From Candidatus Omnitrophota bacterium (lineage in GTDB: Bacteria; Omnitrophota; Gorgyraeia; 1-14-0-20-64-10), in contig JACOVG010000013.1 in the NCBI GenBank assembly GCA_016177405.1, positions 1,858 to 65,857 of the forward strand: 64,000 nt of DNA, read 5' to 3'. The translations under genes were made by a program, and so were the position numbers. The notes below the pieces were generated by a model that worked only from the letters and a program-made list of their open reading frames with translations, ran no database searches and had not been told where the DNA came from. Shown one piece after another: positions 56,762 through 64,000 of the stretch (positions are counted from its first letter, which is position 1; every line of letters begins with the position of its first letter).

Positions 56762-57319
56762 ATGATCTCCACCAATCAGTTCAAAACCGGCATGGTCCTC
56801 GTGTTCGACGGGGAGCTTTACACCCTGGTCGAGTTTCAACACGTCAAGCCCGGCAAGGGGGCGGCCTTTGTCCGGACGAAGCTCCGGTCGTTCAAGACCG
56901 GGAACATCCTCGCCCGAACCTTCGACGCCGGCGAGAAGTTTGAGGACGCCTTCATCGAGAAGCGCAGCTTGCAGTTTCAGTACCGGGCCGGAACCACCTA
57001 CCACTTTATGGACAACGAGACCTACGAGAGCCAGGCCTTCGAGGCCGCCGACCTGGGCGACGCGGCCCACTTCCTGATGGAGAACATGGAGGTGAAGGCG
57101 GAGTTTTACCAGGGGCGCCTCATGGGGATGGAGCTGCCGACGACGGTGGTGCTTCAGGTCACCGAGTCGGATCCGGGCCTGCGGGGGGACACCTCCAAGT
57201 CCTCCATGAAGCCGGCCCTGCTGGAGACGGGCTTCAAGATTCAGGTGCCTCTTTTTATCGAGCCCGGCGAGCGGATCAAGGTGGACACCCGAAACGGGGA
57301 GTACCTCGGGAGGGCCTAA
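56762..57319 (+). CDS. efp: Elongation factor P
   Basis: HVKPGKGAAF, PGLRGDT, KPA.LETG, VPLFI. Confidence 0.98.
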   Translation: MISTNQFKTGMVLVFDGELYTLVEFQHVKPGKGAAFVRTKLRSFKTGNILARTFDAGEKFEDAFIEKRSLQFQYRAGTTYHFMDNETYESQAFEAADLGDAAHFLMENMEVKAEFYQGRLMGMELPTTVVLQVTESDPGLRGDTSKSSMKPALLETGFKIQVPLFIEPGERIKVDTRNGEYLGRA

Positions 57320-57325
57320 GAACTC

Positions 57326-57772
57326 ATGGTCAACCTCAAAGAGCTGAAAGAGCTGATCGCCCTGATGAACGAGCATCAGCTGGTGGAGGTGGAGCTGGAA
57401 CGGGAGGGGATGAAGGTCCGCCTGCGCAAGGCCGGATCCGGCGAGGAGTCGGTTCTGGTGCAGAGGATCGCGGCCTCACCGCAGGCCTCCGGGGGCGCTC
57501 CCGCGCCCGTGGAGCAGGTCCCCGCGGCGGCCGGCGTGGAGATCAAATCCCCCATGGTGGGGACCTTCTACCGGGCGCCGGCCCCTGAAGCGCCTCCCTT
57601 CGTGGAGGTGGGTCAGGTCATTGAGCCGGGCCAGGTCCTGTGCATCATTGAGGCGATGAAGCTGATGAACGAGATCAAATCCGAGGTCAAGGGACGGTTG
57701 GTCAAGATCTTGGTTGAAAATGCCCAGCCCATCGAGTTTGGTCAGGTCCTCTTCCTCGTCGAGCCCGCGTAG
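57326..57772 (+). CDS. accB: Acetyl-CoA carboxylase biotin carboxyl carrier protein
   Basis: [18 protein letters not shown]. Confidence 0.97.
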   Translation: MVNLKELKELIALMNEHQLVEVELEREGMKVRLRKAGSGEESVLVQRIAASPQASGGAPAPVEQVPAAAGVEIKSPMVGTFYRAPAPEAPPFVEVGQVIEPGQVLCIIEAMKLMNEIKSEVKGRLVKILVENAQPIEFGQVLFLVEPA

Positions 57773-57784
57773 CCCCAGCGCGAC

Positions 57785-59158
57785 GTGTTCTCAAAGATCC
57801 TGATCGCCAACCGGGGAGAGATCGCCGTCCGGATCATCCGCGCCTGCCGGGAGATGGGGATCCGGTCCGTGGCGGTCTATTCGGAGGCCGACGTGGATTG
57901 CCTCCACGTCCGGCTCGCCGATGAGGCCGTCTGCATCGGGCCGGCCGCCTCGGCGGCGAGCTACCGGAACATTCCCGCCTTGATTTCGGCGGCCGAGATC
58001 ACCGATGTGGAGGCGATCCACCCCGGCTACGGCTTCCTCGCGGAGAACGCCCACTTCGCCGAGATCTGCGAATCGTGCAAGATCACCTTCATCGGGCCCC
58101 ACCCCGAGGCGATCCGCCTGATGGGAGACAAGATCGAGGCCAAGAAGGTGATGGGCAAGGCGGGGGTCCCGCTCATTCCGGGCACGCCGGCGGCCGTCAC
58201 CACCAAGGAAGAGGCCCTGCGGGCGGCGAAGTCGATCCGCTACCCCATCATCATCAAGGCCGCGGCCGGAGGCGGCGGCAAGGGAATGCGGGTGGCCCAC
58301 AACGACGTGCGGCTCATCTCCGCCTTCATGACCGCTCAGGCCGAGGCCGAGGCGGCCTTTGGCGTGCCCGACGTCTACATCGAAAAATACATCGAACGGC
58401 CCCGCCACGTGGAGATTCAGGTGGCCGGGGACGCTCACGGCCACGTGGTCGCCTTCGGCGAGCGGGACTGCTCGATCCAGCGCAGGCACCAGAAGCTGAT
58501 CGAGGAATCTCCCTCCCCGGTGGTGGATTCCAAGCTGCGCCGCCGGATGGGCGAGGCGGCGGTCCGGGGGGCCAAGGCGGTCAATTACAATTCCTTGGGG
58601 ACGCTGGAGTTCCTCGTGGACGACGCGGGGAACTTCTATTTCATGGAAATGAACACCCGCGTCCAGGTGGAGCACCCGGTCACCGAGGCGGTCACCGGGA
58701 TAGACCTGATCAAGGAGCAGATCCGGGTGGCCGCCGGCGAGCGGCTGGGCTTTCACCAGGAGGAGATCCATGTGAACGGGCACGCCATCGAGTGCCGGGT
58801 GAACGCCGAGGACCCGGAGCAGGATTTCATGCCCTGCCCGGGAGAGGTCACCTTCTATCAGCCGCCGGGCGGGCCTCACGTCCGGGTGGACAGCCACCTC
58901 TACGCCGGCTATCGGGTTCCTCCGCATTACGACTCCCTGCTGGCCAAGGTGATCGTCCACGGCAGGGACCGCCGCGAGGCGGTCGCCGTGATGAGCCGGG
59001 CCTTGGAGGAGATGATGGTCGAACCGATCAAGACCACCCTGCCGTTTCACCGGAAGGTGATGCGGAATCCCGATTTCCTGGCCGGGCGCTACACCACCGA
59101 TTTTGTGGAGCGGATGATGGGCACCTCGAAGACCGCTTCGGAGCTCGTGGGGACTTAG
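57785..59158 (+). CDS. accC: Acetyl-CoA carboxylase biotin carboxylase
   Basis: [45 protein letters not shown]. Confidence 0.98.
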   Translation: MFSKILIANRGEIAVRIIRACREMGIRSVAVYSEADVDCLHVRLADEAVCIGPAASAASYRNIPALISAAEITDVEAIHPGYGFLAENAHFAEICESCKITFIGPHPEAIRLMGDKIEAKKVMGKAGVPLIPGTPAAVTTKEEALRAAKSIRYPIIIKAAAGGGGKGMRVAHNDVRLISAFMTAQAEAEAAFGVPDVYIEKYIERPRHVEIQVAGDAHGHVVAFGERDCSIQRRHQKLIEESPSPVVDSKLRRRMGEAAVRGAKAVNYNSLGTLEFLVDDAGNFYFMEMNTRVQVEHPVTEAVTGIDLIKEQIRVAAGERLGFHQEEIHVNGHAIECRVNAEDPEQDFMPCPGEVTFYQPPGGPHVRVDSHLYAGYRVPPHYDSLLAKVIVHGRDRREAVAVMSRALEEMMVEPIKTTLPFHRKVMRNPDFLAGRYTTDFVERMMGTSKTASELVGT

Positions 59159-59162
59159 GGGG

Positions 59163-59492
59163 ATGCCTCGGAAAACGGACCTGGGGACCGTTTCGATTCA
59201 CCATGAGGTGATCGGCTCGATCGCCGCCGCGGCCGCCAAGGAGGTGGCCGGCGTGGCGGGGGTCTGGAAGGGTTTCTTTCCGTGGGGCTCCGCTTCGGGC
59301 GTCAAGGTCCTGACCCGGGACCAGGAGACCCGGATTTGGATTTCTCTGGTGGTGGATTACGGGGTGAGCCTCCCCCAGATGGCGAGCCAGGTTCAGGAGC
59401 GGGTTTCTGAAATGGTCGAGCGCATGACCCACCTGGCCGTCACCGAGGTGCACGTTTCCATCGCCCACGTGCATGGCAAGGGCGATGCCTAA
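59163..59492 (+). CDS. Asp23/Gls24 (YqhY-like) envelope stress protein
   Basis: LG.V.I..EVI..IA..AA.EV.GV, V.YG..LP..A..VQ..V..VE.MT.L.V..V.V. Confidence 0.88.
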   Translation: MPRKTDLGTVSIHHEVIGSIAAAAAKEVAGVAGVWKGFFPWGSASGVKVLTRDQETRIWISLVVDYGVSLPQMASQVQERVSEMVERMTHLAVTEVHVSIAHVHGKGDA

Positions 59493-59495
59493 AGA

Positions 59496-59541
59496 CGTCA
59501 TCCTCACGAAAGTGAGGATCCCCGCTTTCGCGGGGATGACG
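59496..59541. repeat. REP-like double-hairpin palindrome (GTCATCCCCGCGAAAGCGGGGATC type)
   Basis: CGTCATC...GATGACG enclosing CCTCAC-GAAA-GTGAGG and CCCCGC-TTTC-GCGGGG. Confidence 0.8.
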
Positions 59542-59555
59542 AATAGGAGGTTTTC

Positions 59556-60173
59556 ATGAAGGTTCTTCTTTGGGTGGTGATGAGCGTGTACCTCGTCTTG
59601 TTCATCCTGATGGGTTTGGGGTTGATGGCCTTCTCGATGCATTGGGTCCCGCTGGAGAAGGCCCTCTGGTTTCTCGACGCGGTCTACCACGAGGAAAAGT
59701 TGAGGGTCTGGGCCCTCATGACCGGGGCGGGGCTGATTCTCTTGAACTGGGTGGTGGCCCAGCTCTTTCTGGCCCGCGCCCAGCGGCAGAAGACGATCGC
59801 CTTCGAGAACCCCGACGGGCAGGTGACCATCTCCCTTTCGGCGATTGAGGATTTCATCCGGCGCGCCACCCAGGAGATGCCGGAGGTGAAGGATCTGCGC
59901 AGCGACGTCGTCGCCGCCAAGGGCAAGATCCTGGTCCGCTGCCGGGTGAACCTTTGGTCGGAGGCCCACATCCCCGAGGCCACGGAGCGCCTGCAGGCCC
60001 TGGTCAAGTCCCGCGTCCAGGAGATGCTCTCCGGGGTGGAGGAGCCGGTCTCGGTGAGGGTTCACGTCGCCAAGATCTCCCACCGGGACGCGAAGGAAGC
60101 CAAGGGCCTCAAGAAGGAGGACCCCTACGCGCCTCCCTTCCGGGGCTTCGATTACGGGGGAGAGGTCCGGTGA
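59556..60173 (+). CDS. amaP: Alkaline-shock membrane anchor AmaP-like protein
   Basis: Two N-terminal TM helices, G.V.IS..AIE, IPE....LQ..V...V; adjacent to Asp23. Confidence 0.8.
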   Translation: MKVLLWVVMSVYLVLFILMGLGLMAFSMHWVPLEKALWFLDAVYHEEKLRVWALMTGAGLILLNWVVAQLFLARAQRQKTIAFENPDGQVTISLSAIEDFIRRATQEMPEVKDLRSDVVAAKGKILVRCRVNLWSEAHIPEATERLQALVKSRVQEMLSGVEEPVSVRVHVAKISHRDAKEAKGLKKEDPYAPPFRGFDYGGEVR

Positions 60174-61207
60174 GCCCCAAACCGAAGGTCCTCGGGGTCT
60201 TGACCGGAGGCGGGGACTGCCCGGGGCTGAACTCCGTCATCCGGGCCATCGTCCGCAAGGCCCACCCGGAGGGGATCCAGGTGATCGGAATCAAGAACGG
60301 CTGGAAGGGATTGGTGGAGAAGCAGGTGATCGGGCTGGATTTGACCTCCGTTTCCGGGATCCTCCCCAAGGGGGGGACGATTCTCGGCACCTCCCGGACC
60401 AACCCCTACAAGGACCCCGCCGCCCTGGCGGCCTTGAAGAAGCATTACTCGGAGCTTGCCCTGGAGGCCCTGATCGCCATCGGGGGGGAGGACACCCTGG
60501 GGGTCGCCAACAGGCTTTTTCAAGAGGGCTTCCGCGTGGTGGGGGTGCCCAAGACGATCGACAACGATCTTTCCGGAACCGACTTCACCTTCGGCTTCGA
60601 CACGGCCGTGAACATCGCCATGGAATCGATCGACCGCCTGCACACCACGGCCGAGAGCCACCACCGGATCATGGTGGCGGAGGTGATGGGCCGCCATGCC
60701 GGATGGATCGCCGTCCACGCGGGGCTGGCCGGCGGGGCCGACGTGATCCTGATCCCGGAGGTCCCCATCAACCTTGAGGAGGTTTGCAAGCTTCTTCGAA
60801 AGCGTCATGAGCGGGGAAAGACCTTCTCCATAGTGGTGGTGGCGGAGGGGGCCAAGATCCAGGGAGACACCGTCACCCAGGAAGGAAAGCTGGATGAATT
60901 CGGGCATGTGAGGCTCGGCGGGGTGGGCCACCACCTGGGCGAGCTGATCGAGGCCAAGACCGGCTTCGAGACCCGGGTGACCGTCCTGGGACACATCCAA
61001 AGGGGCGGGTCTCCGACCGCGTTTGACCGGATTCTGGGGACCCGTTTCGGGGTCCGGGCGGTGGAGCTGGTGCTGCGCGGTGAGTTCGGCAAGATGCCGG
61101 CCTTGCGGGGCAACGAGATCGCGAACATTCCCATTGAAACGGCGGTCTCCCAACTTAAAACCGTGGACCGGGATCTCTATGAGCTGGCGAAGGTTTTCTT
61201 TGGTTAA
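60170..61207 (+). CDS. pfkA: 6-phosphofructokinase, group III with PPi-type signature
   Basis: GTG 60170; TGGGDCPGLN, GGTILGTSR, GGEDT, PKTIDND, EVMGRHAG, LGHIQRGG. Confidence 0.93.
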   Translation: MSPKPKVLGVLTGGGDCPGLNSVIRAIVRKAHPEGIQVIGIKNGWKGLVEKQVIGLDLTSVSGILPKGGTILGTSRTNPYKDPAALAALKKHYSELALEALIAIGGEDTLGVANRLFQEGFRVVGVPKTIDNDLSGTDFTFGFDTAVNIAMESIDRLHTTAESHHRIMVAEVMGRHAGWIAVHAGLAGGADVILIPEVPINLEEVCKLLRKRHERGKTFSIVVVAEGAKIQGDTVTQEGKLDEFGHVRLGGVGHHLGELIEAKTGFETRVTVLGHIQRGGSPTAFDRILGTRFGVRAVELVLRGEFGKMPALRGNEIANIPIETAVSQLKTVDRDLYELAKVFFG

Positions 61208-61781
61208 CGCGGCGGCCTTCATCGAGGCGGGTCTTTCCGAGAGCATTGAGACCAAGACCCAGGTTTTGAAGAACCTCGTGCCGGCCATCGGCCGGGTGGC
61301 CGAGCTCTGGATTCGGACCCTGGAGGCCGGGGGGAAGATCCTCCTCTTTGGCAACGGGGGCTCCGCGTCCGACAGCCAGCACATTGCCGCGGAGCTCGTC
61401 GGGAAACTTAAGGTGAAGCGGCGGGCGCTTCCGGCCCTGGCGCTGACCACGGACACCTCCGCGCTCACGGCCATCGCCAACGATTTCAGCTTCGAGCAGA
61501 TCTTCGAGAGGCAGGTCGAGGCCCTGGGTTCGCCCGGGGACGCGGCCGTCGGCATCTCCACCAGCGGTTCCTCCGCCAATGTCTTGGCCGCCATCCGGCG
61601 CGCCAAGGCGATGGGTCTCACGACCGTCGCCTTCACGGGCCGCGGCGGCGGGGACCTGGCGAAGCTGGCGGATGAGGCGATCGTGATTCCGTCGGATTCC
61701 ACCCAGAGGATTCAGGAATCCCACATCACCATCGCCCACATCCTCTGCGAGCTGGTCGAGGCGCGGTTTTCCGGCTCGTGA
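61200..61781 (+). CDS. gmhA: Phosphoheptose (sedoheptulose-7-phosphate) isomerase
   Basis: GNGGSASDSQH, TAIAND, STSG.S.NV, RIQESH; TTG start approximate. Confidence 0.94.
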   Translation: MVNAAAFIEAGLSESIETKTQVLKNLVPAIGRVAELWIRTLEAGGKILLFGNGGSASDSQHIAAELVGKLKVKRRALPALALTTDTSALTAIANDFSFEQIFERQVEALGSPGDAAVGISTSGSSANVLAAIRRAKAMGLTTVAFTGRGGGDLAKLADEAIVIPSDSTQRIQESHITIAHILCELVEARFSGS

Positions 61782-62263
61782 AAGTGGGCGAGATTCTTTC
61801 CTTAGCGCGGCTTCGAAAGAAGGTCGAGAGGCTGAAGCGCCGGGGCCGGTCCGTCGCCTTCACCAACGGCTGCTTCGATCTCCTGCACGCGGGCCACGTG
61901 GCGTATCTCGCGGCGGTCCGCCGCAGGGCCGACGTCCTCGTGGTTGGGGTCAACTCCGACCGGTCGGTCCGCGGCCTCAAGGGGCCGGGCAGGCCCCTGA
62001 CGCCTGCCGGCGAGCGGTGCCGGGTCCTGGCCGGCTTAAGGGCGGTTGATTTTGTGACGGTCTTCGACGCGCCCACCCCGCTGTCGCTCATCCGGGCCCT
62101 CCGGCCGGATCTTCTGGCCAAGGGCGGCGATTGGAAGCCCTCTCAAATCGTGGGGGCCGACCTCGTTCGATCGTACGGCGGGAAGGTGATCGCGGTGCCC
62201 TACCTGGCCGGCCATTCCACCACCGGTCTGATCCGCCGGATCAAGCGCTTGCGAAAGATCTAG
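61778..62263 (+). CDS. rfaE2: D-glycero-beta-D-manno-heptose 1-phosphate adenylyltransferase
   Basis: FTNGCFDLLHAGH, VNSD.SV..LKG..RP, KGGDW, HSTT. Confidence 0.93.
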   Translation: MKVGEILSLARLRKKVERLKRRGRSVAFTNGCFDLLHAGHVAYLAAVRRRADVLVVGVNSDRSVRGLKGPGRPLTPAGERCRVLAGLRAVDFVTVFDAPTPLSLIRALRPDLLAKGGDWKPSQIVGADLVRSYGGKVIAVPYLAGHSTTGLIRRIKRLRKI

Positions 62264-62273
62264 GACCGCTTCG

Positions 62274-62723
62274 GTGAACCCCCCTGGCAGCCGCCGCTTT
62301 TCCAAGGGCTTTTTGCGGGTGGTGGATGCCAACCTGAACCGGGCCCGGGAGGGCTTGAGGGTTTGCGAGGAGGTGGCCAGGTTTGTGTGGCTGGACGTCT
62401 CGCTCACCCGCCGCTGCCAGCGCCTGCGTTACGCCCTCACCCGGTCGGCCGAGGCGCTGCCCCTGCGGGGCCTTCTTTCCTGCCGTGATTCCATCCGGGA
62501 TGTCGGCTCGCCGGGCCGGCGGGGGCCGGGGAGGGCCCACCGGGGCCTTCCGGATCTCCTGTTGGCCAATGTCCGCCGGGTGGAGGAATCCCTTCGGGTT
62601 CTGGAGGAGTTTTCCCGATGCCTGTCGGTTTCGAAGGCCCGCGCGTTTGGCGAGCTTCGATTCAAGGTTTACGATCTTGAGCAAAATCTCCTTTCAAAAC
62701 GTACGTCTTTACGTGATCGTTGA
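62274..62723 (+). CDS. Stand-alone ThiD2-like domain (N-terminal domain of long ThiE)
   Basis: RVVDANLNRAREGLRVCEE..RF, RDS..DVG, AN.RR.EESLRVLEE, RF.VY.LE. Confidence 0.85.
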   Translation: MNPPGSRRFSKGFLRVVDANLNRAREGLRVCEEVARFVWLDVSLTRRCQRLRYALTRSAEALPLRGLLSCRDSIRDVGSPGRRGPGRAHRGLPDLLLANVRRVEESLRVLEEFSRCLSVSKARAFGELRFKVYDLEQNLLSKRTSLRDR

Positions 62724-63333
62724 CGCCCAGGCGCTGGGATCCAGGGAGGCTCTCCCGGTGGCGGAGGCCGCTCTCCGGGGAGGGGCCGACTGCATCCAGT
62801 GGAGGGACAAGGCCGGCTGCGACCGGGATTTCCTGTCGGCCGCCTGCGCCCTGCGCCGGTTGACCCGGCGCTTCCGGCGCCTGTTGGTGGTGAACGACCG
62901 GATTGCCGTCGCGCTTTTGTGCGGGGCCGATGCCGTTCACCTGGGGCAGGAGGATCTTCCCTTGAAGCGGGCGCGCGCCTGGGTGGGCCGGAAGCTTCTG
63001 ATCGGCCGCTCCACCCACTCCCTGGCGCAGGCGCGGCAGGCCCAGCGGGAGGGGGCCGACTACGTGGGGGTGGGCCCTGTTTTCTCCACCCCGACCAAAC
63101 CGGATTACCGCCCGGCGGGCCTGTCCCTGCTGGGTCAGGTTCAAAAGGCCCTTCGGATTCCGTGGGTCGCCATCGGCGGCATTGACCTCAAAACCTTGCC
63201 TGCGGTATTATCGGCGGGTGCCAGCCGGGTCGCGGTGGTCCGCGCCGTCTGCCAAGCCCCCGACCCCCAGAGGGCGGCCCGCGCCTTTCAAAAGGCGCTT
63301 GACCATCACTTACGCACCCAAGGAGAATCATGA
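62677..63333 (+). CDS. thiE: Thiamine-phosphate synthase
   Basis: LYVI, QWRDK, VNDR, HLGQED, GRSTH, GPVF.TPTK, AIGGI; TTG start inferred. Confidence 0.9.
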   Translation: MSKISFQNVRLYVIVDAQALGSREALPVAEAALRGGADCIQWRDKAGCDRDFLSAACALRRLTRRFRRLLVVNDRIAVALLCGADAVHLGQEDLPLKRARAWVGRKLLIGRSTHSLAQARQAQREGADYVGVGPVFSTPTKPDYRPAGLSLLGQVQKALRIPWVAIGGIDLKTLPAVLSAGASRVAVVRAVCQAPDPQRAARAFQKALDHHLRTQGES

Positions 63334-64000
63334 GTCTTCTGGTCATCGGCTCGATTGCGCTGGATTCCATCCGGACCCCCTTTGGCTCGGCCAACAACAT
63401 CCTGGGCGGCTCCGCCACCTACGCCGCTTTGGCCGCCAGGCTCTGGGGCCCGGTCCATGTGGTGGGGGTGGTGGGGACCGACTTCCCGTCCCGCTACGGC
63501 CGGCTGCTGTCGAGCCGCGGGGTGAACGGCTCGGGCCTTGTCCGGGTGCCGGGAAAGACCTTTCGGTGGAAGGGCAGCTACGACGAGCATCACCAAGCCA
63601 CCACCGAGTTCCTGGATTTGGGGGTCTTCGCCCAGTTTCGCCCGAAGCTCTCTGACCCCTTGCGGAGGGTGGAGACGGCTTTCCTGGGCAACATCCACCC
63701 GGGCCTGCAGGCGGATGTTTTGCGCCAGCTCACGCGCCCCCGGATCACCGCCTGCGATTCCCGGGCCGACTGGATCCGCGGCCAGCGGCGCTCCTTCCTG
63801 CGCTTGCTCACGAAGGTGACCATGGTTTTCCTGAACGACTCCGAGGCCAAGCTCCTGACCGGCGTCTCAAGTTTGGTGGAGGCCACAAAGGCCCTTTGCC
63901 GCCTGGGGCCCGCGGTGGCGGTTGTCAAGAAGGGAGAGCACGGGGTCTTGGCGGCCAGCCGGGAGGCCTTCTTTTCACTCCCGGGCTATCCGGTTTCCCG
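63330..64000 (+). CDS. PfkB-family sugar/nucleoside kinase (3' truncated by window edge)
   Basis: ATG 63330 after SD AAGGAG; GSIALDSIRTPFG, LGGSATY, VGVVGTDFP, LNDSEA, KKGEHG. Confidence 0.88.
   Translation, partial: MSLLVIGSIALDSIRTPFGSANNILGGSATYAALAARLWGPVHVVGVVGTDFPSRYGRLLSSRGVNGSGLVRVPGKTFRWKGSYDEHHQATTEFLDLGVFAQFRPKLSDPLRRVETAFLGNIHPGLQADVLRQLTRPRITACDSRADWIRGQRRSFLRLLTKVTMVFLNDSEAKLLTGVSSLVEATKALCRLGPAVAVVKKGEHGVLAASREAFFSLPGYPVS

Overview
High-GC bacterial core-genome window with every credible gene on the + strand. A diderm PVC-superphylum organism, possibly Omnitrophota-like, is inferred from the missing rpmD, tuf absent from the str cluster, the L14 N-terminus, and the TonB and heptose genes. 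1-28.4 kb is one uninterrupted ribosomal/RNA-polymerase superoperon (nusG-rplKAJL-rpoBC-str-S10-spc-alpha), in which rpoC carries an in-frame TAA. 28.4-38 kb holds aminotransferases, icd, lpdA, lipA, a glycolipid-type GT/acyltransferase trio, pcm and a COG2426 membrane protein. 38-51.2 kb is a cobalamin-riboswitch-controlled corrinoid salvage/uptake operon: cobU-cobT-cobS-cobD-cobQ-cbiB, then one ORF fusing cytoplasmic CbiA, through an internal signal peptide, to a BtuB-type TonB-dependent receptor, then a DUF4430-like lipoprotein, a cupredoxin-like exported protein, ExbB/ExbD/TonB, a solitary ECF S-component-like protein and a second TonB-like protein. 51.2-51.9 kb is a nested palindromic (MITE/REP-like) intergenic structure before rpsU. 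52-64 kb holds an M16 peptidase, DUF1844, RmuC, Trm112, aroQ-efp-accB-accC-Asp23-AmaP, a PPi-type PFK, gmhA, rfaE2, a two-part thiE and a partial PfkB kinase. The top candidates for novelty are the CbiA-signal peptide-BtuB 'polyprotein' and its operon, an L17 with a MinD-like amphipathic tail, the atypical riboswitch, and the palindromic elements. All calls come from reading the sequence; no database searches were run.
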